Shown: positions 26,901-36,994 of the stretch, one piece after another | Layout: every line of letters starts with the position of its first letter | Numbering within the stretch: the first letter of the stretch is position 1 | DNA from: Balanoglossus misakiensis | Lineage: Eukaryota; Animalia; Hemichordata | Direction: 5' to 3' | Length of the DNA: 64,000 nt | NCBI GenBank assembly: GCA_040954595.2 | Contig: CM082598.2 | Coordinates: forward strand, 6,525,097-6,589,096 | Notes under the pieces: generated by a model | What the model was told of the DNA's origin: nothing | Database searches by the model: none | The model's input: only the letters and a program-made list of their open reading frames with translations | Made by a program: the position numbers and the translations under genes

Positions 26901-28099
26901 ATACATACAACGTTTTACATGTATTTAGATGGAAGACAACTAAAAAAGTAACTGGAAAAATGGATTTCTACTAAATGTTTTTACTACTTGTCACTCTGTA
27001 AGGGTCTCGGTAATTATGTCATTGTGTTTTATAAAACACCTATATTAAATTTCTCCTTTTCGTCCCCTTTTTTGAAACAGCAGGACCAAACGACGGTTTT
27101 CTCGTGAGTTTTAGCCTTGTACAAGATAAGACAAGCCTTCTGACGGCTTACAATAACCCATGGGAGGAGTTTACTTTACACGTTCTGACTCGGATCAATC
27201 AGGATTTCCACGCCAACCTAAAAAGGGACAATTTCACACTCTACTTCAACTACGTCATTCGTGACGACACCGTCGGAATAATCGGCAAACCACAATACAT
27301 ACAGAAGGGCTTGAAGAGTCGATGCCACCAGAAAGTCCAATTGGGTAAGTCATGTACCTTCCTCACCCAAGTCCAAACCATTATATTATGATCAGCATAC
27401 TCTGTTATTTCGCACGAATACGGCACAGTTTAAACCTCCATTTCGCTTTGTTTTCTGTATTTCTGTTTTGTGTATCTACTGCAGTTTCTTGTTCAAATTC
27501 CCTGAGCATGAAGAAATGTCCGGTGCTTAGCTTATCAACACAACATAAATTTGTATAATCAGCAGTATCATTGTGCCAATTTTGAATTAAAATGCCGACT
27601 ATAATCCATTTGTCAACAATAACAATGGCCGGTACACACATGCAGGGTATGTTGACCAGAGGAGTACTCGGTTTATTACAATGTTTTTTTGGAGTACAGC
27701 AAGAAATTGAATTTGATACACAAAACAAAGTTACTGGAAAGAAAGTTACAGTTAATGTCCCTTTAACAACTCTCTCTCGTTCGTTTCTAATTTGTTCCGT
27801 TCTTTCAGTCAAATCCTAATTCATTTACAATAACAGTATACCAGAGTCTGGATCGACCTGTCTGCCTTTGTCTAACTACAGAATATTTATTTTTATAATT
27901 TTCAGGGGCTGTTGATTTAGACTTGACTTTTGAAGAAGGGGAAGTGTTGTATTGTCACGAAGGGGACAGTCGTGTCATTAAGTGGACGTGGACGCAGTTT
28001 GAAGATGCGGTTACCAAGTGCGGCTTTTATTTGGACAGAAAATGGACAGACGCGAAAGAGAACGTGGGCTTGGTGTTGATGAGATGCAAGGCACAGTAA
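23931..28099 (+). CDS. EgtD/Methyltransf_33-family SAM-dependent amino-acid N-methyltransferase; exons ~23931-24109, 25136-25273, 25779-25982, 27081(or 27084)-27344, 27906-28099; start codon out of frame
   Basis: Spliced product of about 324 aa: LLSKPKYVLGWYKYDTTGSRLFDRVAKEDPDYHIYRAESEIF, LVELGAGSSTK...FIPIDIAK, LIIFIGASIGN, GPNDGFLVSFSLVQDK...AYNN...VLTRINQDFHAN, LTFEEGEVL...GFYLDRKWTD. All four introns are GT-AG and phase 1. AATAAA at 28337. Confidence 0.88.
24233..24608. mobile_element. TTAA-flanked MITE in methyltransferase intron 1
   Basis: TTAA-AGCCACAATATTTCTCGT ... ACGAGAAATACTGGGGCT-TTAA. Confidence 0.7.
25403..25671. mobile_element. PIF/Harbinger-type MITE in intron 2
   Basis: TIR of about 33 bp (CAAATAAAAAAATATGTGC.GT.CCGATTAC) with TAA on both flanks. 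Confidence 0.8.
26244..26534. mobile_element. TTAA-flanked MITE in intron 3
   Basis: Inverted repeat of about 55 bp, CACAGGGAT.TATTCAGGGAA.GTTTAGTAATAATTAT.TGATAGAAAC. Confidence 0.75.
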
Positions 28100-28136
28100 C
28101 GCTCGCGTCCAGCCAGTCACCGTTTACCACACACCC

Positions 28137-28297
28137 TTTTCATAAGTCTAGCGCCCCCATGCAGCCATCGTGAATTACACCTCAAATCGAGGCCAATTGG
28201 GAAATTCCCTTGATGTGTGATTGGTCAACTTTCCCTATTGGCCTCGCTTTGAGTTCAAATTCATGATGGCTGCACGAGGGCGCTAGACTTATGAAAA
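28137..28297. repeat. Fold-back hairpin element in the methyltransferase 3' UTR
   Basis: ttttcataagtctagcgccc...gaggccaat pairs with attggcctc...gggcgctagacttatgaaaa. Confidence 0.85.
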
Positions 28298-29496
28298 GAG
28301 ATGGTGTATACTGATATGATGTAACTCTGTACTAGAAATAAAGGGAACATACGAGTTCTCTATTATTTTGAACTTATATCTATACCTTTCTGTATCTTTT
28401 TATAGCATATAAAGAATTTATGAGACAGTTCATCATCGCAAAAATATGGATGTTACTTTGTATTACAATGTACACAGTACATCATTGCAAACAATATGGT
28501 TGATGCTTTGTATTACAATGTATATCATGGTAAACAACACGTCCTTACTTTTTATCATATATCTAAGTTACTGAAGGTAGGGCAATGGGCCTGGTATGAC
28601 AACGCCGTGCATTTTTCGTGCATACAGGCAACTTGGTTACAAGAAACCCTAATTAATAGCAACTGTTAACATTTTTAATGTTTATTGGCTCGGTTGAAAG
28701 TTGTATACTAATACATTACCTTCTCATCAATAGGCACGATGTAAATACTGGTAACTTATTATAGTGGGAGAAATTGGTCATTCAGATTATTTTACTCATA
28801 TAACAAGTATTTTGCCAACACGACAAAGTTTGGTAAATGTTTGAAGTTATATTTGGAGATCGTACGGTCATTGGAATTGGGTTACAATGGAGAGAGGGGA
28901 AAGGGGGGAGAGAGAGAGGGTGATGGATGGAAGGAGGGAGTGATGGAGCGAGGAAGGGGGAGGAAGTGAGACCATGTTGGGAGTTACCAGCACAAAGTAG
29001 ACAACAGTATGTTCGACAACACGTCGAAGGGATTTAAAACCACATTCCTCGGCGGAAACTGTGAAAGAAACAGATTTATGCAAACAATTGGGTTTTGGTA
29101 ATTACACAGGAGGCGCTCTGGTATGGGCGACTCGACGGTAATCACAAGGACACTAGCTACACGTCCCATCGACATACCAAGGCGGATCCCCAGCGCTGGT
29201 ATAAGAATAACTTCCTAAAAGGAATTACGTTAGCATAGAAAAGCAAGCTCTAGTACAAAACAAGGCACTTCTGTATGATTTACAACCGTTATTGTTCCTC
29301 GCTACATCCACCGCGTCAGCGCACAGGGGGGGGGGGGGCGCCCTCCGTGCTTTTATTGTGTGTGTGTGTGTGTGTTCGTTTGTTGTTATTGATTGGCATA
29401 ATAAACAAATAAATATTTATTAATAAATATGGTTTGTTTGTTGACATGTGAGGGTTAGGGTATATTTAACGGTTAGAGTGTCACGGTTGTCGCCTT

Positions 29497-30138
29497 TGTC
29501 ACGGTTGTCGCCGTTCATTCCAACATATTCACACCAAACAGGTTACGGGTAACAAAGACATAGGCCTTACATTTAATAACTGAAATGGAACAAATACATG
29601 TCAGTTCCAACGTGTGTGGCCGGTCTGGCTACAGAGGTGAACTGCTAAATTACACACATGTATGGGAGTTCACCTCCAACAGAATACACCAAAATTCATG
29701 CAAGTGAAAAATATAGACATACAATTGGAAAATTGACGCAAGTTAAAGACACCAATTACTTGTGCTGAAATGAGTCGGTAGAATGCACCAAAATACAAAG
29801 CTTCAAGCAACAGGTAAGGTACAAGGAAACTAACCTGAAATGGAACAAATACATGTCAGTTCCAACGTGTGTGGCCGGTCTGGCTACAGAGGTGAACTGA
29901 CCAATTTTATGCACCATGTCCTTTTATATCAGCAATTACATCATAGTGCCAGATTAGCTTGTGTTCATTGGTCAAATGAAACTTCCAGGTGGTTTGCATA
30001 TAATTAAGATCAACCAATTGAAGGTAAGTACTATTACGTCATATGAATAATTGAATAACTAATTACTATAAGATACAGGTATAACATACATACAGATATA
30101 CATGTATACAAATTCAATGGATCAACAAGGCCGTTACA
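29497..30138 (-). repeat. 3' LTR (642 bp)
   Basis: No difference from 36912-37553 seen by eye. A short purine tract GCAGGGGTGCG precedes it on the minus strand. Confidence 0.97.
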
Positions 30139-30197
30139 CGCACCCCTGCGAGGAGAAATGGCGTCCTCGTCATTTAAAGTAAGTTAAAGATATTTGA

Positions 30198-33100
30198 TTA
30201 ATAGTGGCAATTAATAAATGGTATAGAAGATAAAGTCGTATGAGCAAACTGTTTTAGATTCCATTGTTCGGGACTATATCTATCTGGAGGTCGTCTCTGT
30301 CGTGTAGGATAGCGTGGTTCAGGTTGAGTACTACTACTGGAGTCAGGACTGATGTTGGTTGTAGCAGGAGTGATACCATCTGGATCGCTCGATGACCAAC
30401 CATCCGTACTTTGCAAAATATGATTCGAGAAATCTGAGGTAAGTACTTGAGAAGGTCCATCCGGATTAACCATACTTGTGGGGTTGTCCATCAGGGAACT
30501 TTCTCTTCTGGATGGGATGAATTCTGCAGCAGTAGGATTAAGAGCATTGTGTTCTGTTGGCAAGTTGATAGTTGACACGAATTGCAATTTACCAATGCCG
30601 TCATCCTCTTCGTCCACGGCATCCTGGGTAGCATCGTTGATAACACCCGGTACACTCTGCTTAACATCACGCTGCGTCATCTTGGTGTTAACATCGTCAT
30701 CCAGTTCGTCCGGAATTATTGGTATTGGGAGTAGCAAATTTCTATGTAGTGTCCGCTTCCTTCCACCCTTAACTTGTTTTTGTACCACGTATACTGGAAT
30801 GTCTTCTATGGGCTGTGAAATCACTGTATATGGATCCTTTTCCCATTGGTCTGCCAATTTGTAATTGTCTTTAGGTCCTGTATTCTTCACCAACACAGTA
30901 TCACCAGGTTGTATTATGGCCACCTTCACTTTTCTATCATATGACTTCTTCTGCCGTTCACCAGACTTAACAGACCGTTCCGTTGCTACTTTATAGGCGT
31001 AATCCAACCGTTCGGCAAGTTTCGTCACATAATCTGAAACTGTTCCACCATATTCTAGGTTGGTCTGGTCTGCATGTCCAGATACATCTATAGGCAGTCT
31101 TGGTTCACGACCAAACATCAAAAAGAAAGGTGAATATCCGGTGCTTTCATGCTTTGTAGAATTATAGGCATGAGCCATCGTATTGACATGTGAAGCCCAT
31201 CTTGTTTTGTTGTCTTCATTCATAGTTCCAAGCATCTGTAATAACGTCTTATTAAATCGTTCGCACATTCCATTTCCCTGGGGGTGGTATGGAGTGGTCC
31301 TGGACTTCTTAATATTTGCTATTCGGCAAAGTTCCTGAATTGTAGACGACTCAAAGTTTCGCCCCTGGTCACTGTGTAATCGTCCTGGGAACCCATAATG
31401 CAAAATCAAATGTTCAAACAATGCTTTGGCAGTTGTTTTGGCAGACTGGTTCTTTGTAGGTACTGCTATAGCGTATCGAGTGAAATGGTCCGTCATCACT
31501 AATATGTTGCTATATCCTTGATCTGGTGTTGGTATATGGAGAAAGTCGATGCACACCATTTCCATCGGTTGTGATGTGTGAATATTAACCAAGGGAGTTC
31601 TGGGTAAGGAAGTTGAACTTTTCCTGCGAATGCATGGTAAACAATGTTCCACTTTCTTTTGAACATCCATCGACATCCTAGGCCAGTAGAATCTTCGTCG
31701 TACCAGATCCAGGGTTTTATCTTGGCCAAAGTGTCCAAGTTTATCATGTAGTTCCTCCAGGACATCTTTTCTATGGTGTACTGGTAAGACAAGTTGCAAA
31801 TATTGTATATCATCGATGAAGCATTTCCTGTATAGGACTCCATTCTTCAGAACAAGGCGTTTCCAATCTCGTATAAGTAGTCTGATATCTCCTGTATGAT
31901 CTCTCATAAGTGGTTTGTGGTCCTTTTCAAGCTGATCAGTCACATACCGTATTGTTGAATCTTTGGACTGCTCCGTCTTCCAGAACACATCATCCCCACC
32001 TTGAACTACTGCAGGTCTGTCCTCATCTGCTACCATTCCGAATGAAGTTACGTATGGACCTTCTGTTGCTCGACAAAGCGCCTGGACTACATCGGCTCCC
32101 AGATTGGTTTCCGTCTCTGGATTCTCTCTATTCCATGGAATCCTAGACAAAGCGTCAGCCTCTATATTCTTCTTACCACTCCGGTAAACAATAGAGAAGT
32201 CGTACAATGACAAGTCTGACAACCATCTGTGTCCCACCGCATCCAGTTTCGCAGAAGTTAACACATACGTCAAAGGGTTGTTGTCTGTAAACACAGTGAA
32301 TTTGCTTCCATACAGGTAGTCGTTGAACTTCTTGGTGACGGCCCATTTCAGTGCCAAAAATTCTAATTTATGAGCTGGATAATTACTTTCAGACTTGGTG
32401 AGTCCTCTACTTGCATAGGCAATTACTCTGAGAATACCTTTCTGGCGTTGATACAGCACTGCTCCCAGACCTGTGGAACTTGCATCAGTATGTATTTCAA
32501 ATGGAAGTGAGTAGTCAGCAAAGGCTAGTATTGGTGACGACATTAGGCTCTTCCTCAGAGTGTCGAAAGCTTGTTGTTCCTGTTGTCCCCACTGGAGTTT
32601 TTCAAATTTTCCCGCCTTATTCCTTGACTGACGTCCACACAGCAAGTCGTTAAGTGGCTTGGCAATATTACTGTAGCTTTGGATAAATCTCCTGTAATAC
32701 CCTGCAAATCCAAGAAATCTTCTCAGTTCTGTTACAGTAGTGGGTATTGGCCATTCCTTCAGAGCTGCTACCTTGTCTGGGTCCGTTGTAATTCCGTCGG
32801 CTGATACCACGTGTCCAAGATATTTCACCTTCTTCTGGAATAAAACACATTTCGTTGCCTTCAACTTTAATCCATGTGATGCCAGCCGCTGGAATACCCG
32901 CTCCAATCTATTGAGGTGGTCTTCAAAAGTCTTCGAAAATACTATGATGTCATCTAAATACACACAACATTCTCTGAACGCCAATTCTCCAAAACACTTC
33001 TCCATGAGACGCTGGAAAGTTGCAGGTGCGTTGGTCAGACCCATAGACATACGGTTGAATTCAAATAAGCCGAAGTTTCCCACCGTGAAAGCTGTCTTCG

Positions 33101-34457
33101 CTTTGTCGTCTTCCGCCATCTCTACTTGGTAATATCCAGACCGTAGATCAAGCGATGAAAACCACTCGGCGTTACTAAGGTTATCAAGCGTATCCAATAC
33201 CCGGGGTAATGCGTAAGCGTCTTTAATGGTTTTGGCGTTGAGACGTCTATAATCAATACACACCCTCAGCTTCCCATCAGGTTTTCTGACACATACAACA
33301 TTTGAGGACCACGGGCTGTTTGATTCTCTAATCACACCACTCTGTAGCATATCTTGCAGGTACTGTTGCAATTCTTCGTACATACCCATAGGGATTCGAC
33401 GGTATTTATCTTTAAAGGGGGTTTCATCCGTTAACTTTATCGAATGTGTTACCAATGTTGTGTGTCCCAAATCTCTCTCACCTGTAGAGAACACGGTTTG
33501 CCATTTACCAATGGTAGCCAAGGCTTGGTCTTTCTCGATTTCTGTTAATTCTGTATCTGCCTCTTGTAATCCCAGGTCTTTTATCAGCCAATCGGGTACT
33601 TTTGGTGAGGTGGTCCCATCTGAGTTTGTATCAATATCATCTCCATATGGATCTAAAGGCTGTGAGACATTAGATGCCAAGTTCATGTTACATAGGGTGC
33701 TTTTAGGGGGAACTGTGACAGCACGTGCTCCATAGTTGGTCACCATTACTGGGATTCGACACGAATTACCACGAGGCTCTAACTTCAACACGGCTGGAGT
33801 AACAAGTAAACCACCAGGTAAAAGTCTGTCATTTTCTGGTTCCACCACAACTACTGATTGACAATTTCTTAGGTCCACTCTGCAAAATCCATGGATGACT
33901 GTGCGTTCGTATGGTCCAATGGTTGTGGGTTTAGTAGTGGTAACTGTAAATGTCCTACCTTCGGCCCTCTGCCGGTGGATAGTCGCTTGGTATGCTAGTC
34001 TCCATACTGAGGATAGGTCTGTACTGTACTGTGTATCTTCATCCACAAAATGTTGGAGAACATTTGTGCCTATCACAACTGGAACCATCTGATTATATTC
34101 CGTGTCTTCAACAACAAGCAATAATATATCTTTAGACATCTCTTGTCCATGGCTATCTGGGAATTTCACTTCAACTTCAATATAACCAAGGTAAGGAACT
34201 TCTGTACCACTAGCCCCTTCTACCTTCACCAAGTTGTTCAGGTCATGAATTGGTTTCTGTAGCTTCTCTCTGTTAAAAGTGTCAGCAACAGTAGATACCA
34301 TGGACCCGGTGTCTATCAGCGCAATACACGAGGATCCTTCCAACACAATCTCAGTTTCATTGGCGTGGCCTATTAAAGAATCAATAACATTAGAGGGACT
34401 GTTACCGTTCCGACCTAGCGCATGTCCCTCCGGATGCCTGGTCGCTCCCCATTTAAA
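30198..34457 (-). CDS. pol: Pol (protease, RT, RNase H, integrase), expressed by -1 frameshift from gag
   Basis: LIDTGS, YLDDII, TDAS...ELE-like KLEFLAL, HHCC zinc finger, DFL...SDQG...ER. The -1 frame is open from the TTTAAAT heptamer at 34457-34451. Confidence 0.95.
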   Translation of the reverse strand, partial: FKWGATRHPEGHALGRNGNSPSNVIDSLIGHANETEIVLEGSSCIALIDTGSMVSTVADTFNREKLQKPIHDLNNLVKVEGASGTEVPYLGYIEVEVKFPDSHGQEMSKDILLLVVEDTEYNQMVPVVIGTNVLQHFVDEDTQYSTDLSSVWRLAYQATIHRQRAEGRTFTVTTTKPTTIGPYERTVIHGFCRVDLRNCQSVVVVEPENDRLLPGGLLVTPAVLKLEPRGNSCRIPVMVTNYGARAVTVPPKSTLCNMNLASNVSQPLDPYGDDIDTNSDGTTSPKVPDWLIKDLGLQEADTELTEIEKDQALATIGKWQTVFSTGERDLGHTTLVTHSIKLTDETPFKDKYRRIPMGMYEELQQYLQDMLQSGVIRESNSPWSSNVVCVRKPDGKLRVCIDYRRLNAKTIKDAYALPRVLDTLDNLSNAEWFSSLDLRSGYYQVEMAEDDKAKTAFTVGNFGLFEFNRMSMGLTNAPATFQRLMEKCFGELAFRECCVYLDDIIVFSKTFEDHLNRLERVFQRLASHGLKLKATKCVLFQKKVKYLGHVVSADGITTDPDKVAALKEWPIPTTVTELRRFLGFAGYYRRFIQSYSNIAKPLNDLLCGRQSRNKAGKFEKLQWGQQEQQAFDTLRKSLMSSPILAFADYSLPFEIHTDASSTGLGAVLYQRQKGILRVIAYASRGLTKSESNYPAHKLEFLALKWAVTKKFNDYLYGSKFTVFTDNNPLTYVLTSAKLDAVGHRWLSDLSLYDFSIVYRSGKKNIEADALSRIPWNRENPETETNLGADVVQALCRATEGPYVTSFGMVADEDRPAVVQGGDDVFWKTEQSKDSTIRYVTDQLEKDHKPLMRDHTGDIRLLIRDWKRLVLKNGVLYRKCFIDDIQYLQLVLPVHHRKDVLEELHDKLGHFGQDKTLDLVRRRFYWPRMSMDVQKKVEHCLPCIRRKSSTSLPRTPLVNIHTSQPMEMVCIDFLHIPTPDQGYSNILVMTDHFTRYAIAVPTKNQSAKTTAKALFEHLILHYGFPGRLHSDQGRNFESSTIQELCRIANIKKSRTTPYHPQGNGMCERFNKTLLQMLGTMNEDNKTRWASHVNTMAHAYNSTKHESTGYSPFFLMFGREPRLPIDVSGHADQTNLEYGGTVSDYVTKLAERLDYAYKVATERSVKSGERQKKSYDRKVKVAIIQPGDTVLVKNTGPKDNYKLADQWEKDPYTVISQPIEDIPVYVVQKQVKGGRKRTLHRNLLLPIPIIPDELDDDVNTKMTQRDVKQSVPGVINDATQDAVDEEDDGIGKLQFVSTINLPTEHNALNPTAAEFIPSRRESSLMDNPTSMVNPDGPSQVLTSDFSNHILQSTDGWSSSDPDGITPATTNISPDSSSSTQPEPRYPTRQRRPPDRYSPEQWNLKQFAHTTLSSIPFINCHY

Positions 34458-35839
34458 GGACAGTCTGTCTTTTTGTGTCCATGTTCACCACACTTGAAGC
34501 AGTTGCCTGGGAAAACTTGTTTGGGTTGGCGAGTTCCATCGTTGCCACGCCGATCCCGGCCATTTTCATTGTTGACACGTCGGCGAAAAGTAGACTCTGG
34601 AGTTGATGATGTTGAAGTTCGCTTCTCTAGTTCAGCAACCTTCTCAGCTAAGTTCTTCAGACCTTTGGTAAGTTCCTCCAATTTGGTTATCATCGTCTTG
34701 TCAGCAACAGTTGCTTGGTGAACCCTGGTAGTGGTCTCCCTATTTACTTCAAGCTTTCTTGCGGCTAGCAACAATCCTGAATAATCTTCTCCCGTATCAT
34801 ATCGGTGTCTGATTGCATTCTTAATGTGCTCATCTGACAGGCCAGAAAAGAATTTGGTTCGAAGCATGGTTTCTTCTGAATTACTAGAGATGGACTGACC
34901 TGATCTGAGTTCATCCAAAAGTCCTTCGATGCGACAGGCCCATTCTGCTACCTTTTCTGTCTTCGTTTGTCGTGCTGTATAGAATTTTTCCAAAACTGCT
35001 TCCGGTGGCAATACTTTCCCAAAGACCATGTCCATCTTCGCCATCAATCGGGACACTGTGATGTCTTCTCCCATATGTAGTAGGACTTCAGCAGCGGACG
35101 CTCGTAGGGATTTCCGAACAGCCTGCATAATTATGGTCTCCGGAAACACATTCTCCCTCTGTAGTGCTCGAACTTCATATCGCCACATTTCATAAGTGAC
35201 ATCACCTTTGCCAGAGAAGACGACTATTCTTGGGAATTCCACCGAGTGAAAAGCAGTAGTGGCTGTGGCTGGCTGTGCAGCAGCTGCTTGGGCAGGTGAA
35301 GACATAATAAATGGTGAAGAATCTGCAACTGAAGTTGGTACTGGAAATGCTGGAAATGGAATCGGATGTGGCATAGGGGTTGATACGATTGGTTTCAGTG
35401 GAGCAGGTGATATGGCCTGTGCAACCGCTTTCCTATCTGCTTCAGACAGTAAACTCAACATGTTAATAATTTCCTGTACATCTGCTTTGGGTTTGGATGT
35501 CTTGGGATCACTGGTTTCATTGTAATCTAGGCCAGTACTTTGTTCGGTTTCCTCAATTAAATGCCACAGTTCCAACCCTCGGGCTGTGGTCACAAGACTT
35601 GCCCGTAATTTGCTTTCTTCAAAAGTGCTTTTATGTATTACTGGCAGAGCGGCTGTGGCTGATTCTATATTCTCAAATATGACAAAAGCGGAATCTTTAT
35701 CAGAAATATAAATTTGATCAACCTGGGCCAAACCAAGCTGTAACTCGATAAATTCACTAACATTTTTCTTTGTACATTCAAAAGGCAAGTGTTGCACATA
35801 AATGCTTCGCTCTTGAATTGATATTTTGGACACAGCCAT
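34415..35839 (-). CDS. gag: Gag (N-terminal RRM-like domain, PNMA-like capsid, coiled coil, CCHC knuckle)
   Basis: ATG at 35839. SIYVQHLP and SAFVIFE are RNP2/RNP1-like, FSGKGDVTYEMWRYEV is capsid-like, and CFKCGEHGHKKTDC is a zinc knuckle. Confidence 0.92.
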   Translation of the reverse strand: MAVSKISIQERSIYVQHLPFECTKKNVSEFIELQLGLAQVDQIYISDKDSAFVIFENIESATAALPVIHKSTFEESKLRASLVTTARGLELWHLIEETEQSTGLDYNETSDPKTSKPKADVQEIINMLSLLSEADRKAVAQAISPAPLKPIVSTPMPHPIPFPAFPVPTSVADSSPFIMSSPAQAAAAQPATATTAFHSVEFPRIVVFSGKGDVTYEMWRYEVRALQRENVFPETIIMQAVRKSLRASAAEVLLHMGEDITVSRLMAKMDMVFGKVLPPEAVLEKFYTARQTKTEKVAEWACRIEGLLDELRSGQSISSNSEETMLRTKFFSGLSDEHIKNAIRHRYDTGEDYSGLLLAARKLEVNRETTTRVHQATVADKTMITKLEELTKGLKNLAEKVAELEKRTSTSSTPESTFRRRVNNENGRDRRGNDGTRQPKQVFPGNCFKCGEHGHKKTDCPLNGERPGIRRDMR

Positions 35840-36890
35840 TCTTTTCCCCAGAAAATGAAAGGCAATTTGGGAGGATTCTGACGTGTCGTTAAATACGATG
35901 CAATGCAAGCTATTTCACTGGAAAATCTTAACAATAATATCAGTATCTACTGGCATAGCACATACGTTAACAGGGAATGGACTAAGCATAGAATAGTTTA
36001 CAGACACTGCCAAAGGTTCTATAGAGACTAATGTATGATTTGGATGAATACGACCATTCATGGACAGTCTCAATAATAATGAAACAACTAAATAACTAAT
36101 ACAATAATAAACTAACTCAAGTCAATATACAATATTTAACTTATAACTTAATATTTTTTTTTCAACAAGTGCTGACAATTTTTTTTTTCACGTCGTTTGG
36201 AAAATAATGAACTGAAATTTACAAAGAAAATTTATACTTCAGCACTTAACCAAAATATACTGTTGAAAGAAAATAATTTTTTTTTTTTTTTAAAGCAGGC
36301 TAAAGGCAACAAAACATGGGTTTATATCCACATGGAGCCCACTTCAACAATTAAATCAAAGTCAAAACTACTTTGACCACATTGCATTATATAGACAATA
36401 TTGAAATTTCTAAGAAAAATTTACAAACATTACGTTACACCAGGTTCTACGGCGAATAACCAGAAAGTTCGTTTGCAATAAAATACCCAGTCCACAAGTT
36501 CAAGTCCGAAGTTATCACAGATGGAAACTATGCGCCACGGACGGAATTTATGCGCACTGTCTCTAGTTTGCACGGAATAACACTGTCAAGTTCTGGACAC
36601 ACAATACCTTGTATACCGCGATGAACACTTCACACTAAACAGTTCCGGCCGGTAACAGTTCAGCGACTTCACCACTTGGCACTCTGCAGAGAATTTTCCT
36701 CGCCGTTGACGCTTGGACCTGGCTCCCGTCTGTCTGCAGTCCGGGTGGCTCCCCAAGGACGTCCAGCTCAGCGAAAGACACACCTGGTTGGGCGTTGTCC
36801 GTTGTCCAGACACTTCTGACCAGTTAAAACATGGCACTTGTCAGTATCATCCTCTCCGTCCCGAAAAAAGAACTTGCGTAGGAATTGCCA

Positions 36891-36909
36891 AATCCTGCCG
36901 ACTACGCCA
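36891..36909 (-). promoter_or_regulatory. Primer-binding site for tRNA-Ser
   Basis: TGGCGTAGTCGGCAGGATT is complementary to the animal tRNA-Ser(AGA/TGA-type) 3' end AATCCTGCCGACTACGCCA. Confidence 0.9.
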
Positions 36910-36994
36910 TTTGTCACGGTTGTCGCCGTTCATTCCAACATATTCACACCAAACAGGTTACGGGTAACAAAGACATAGGCCTTACATTTAATAA

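Noticed and set aside
23931-28099. Bacterial contamination as the source of the EgtD-like gene
   Set aside because: The gene has four canonical spliceosomal introns containing TTAA- and TAA-flanked MITEs like those elsewhere in the window.
23932-28297. In-frame TGA plus 3' UTR hairpin read as selenocysteine/SECIS
   Set aside because: The TGA lies before the homologous region with no evident upstream in-frame start. The hairpin is a long fold-back without a clear SECIS core and apical AA geometry.
30478-35525. Plus-strand ORFs antisense to gag/pol
   Set aside because: They are shadow frames with no motifs.
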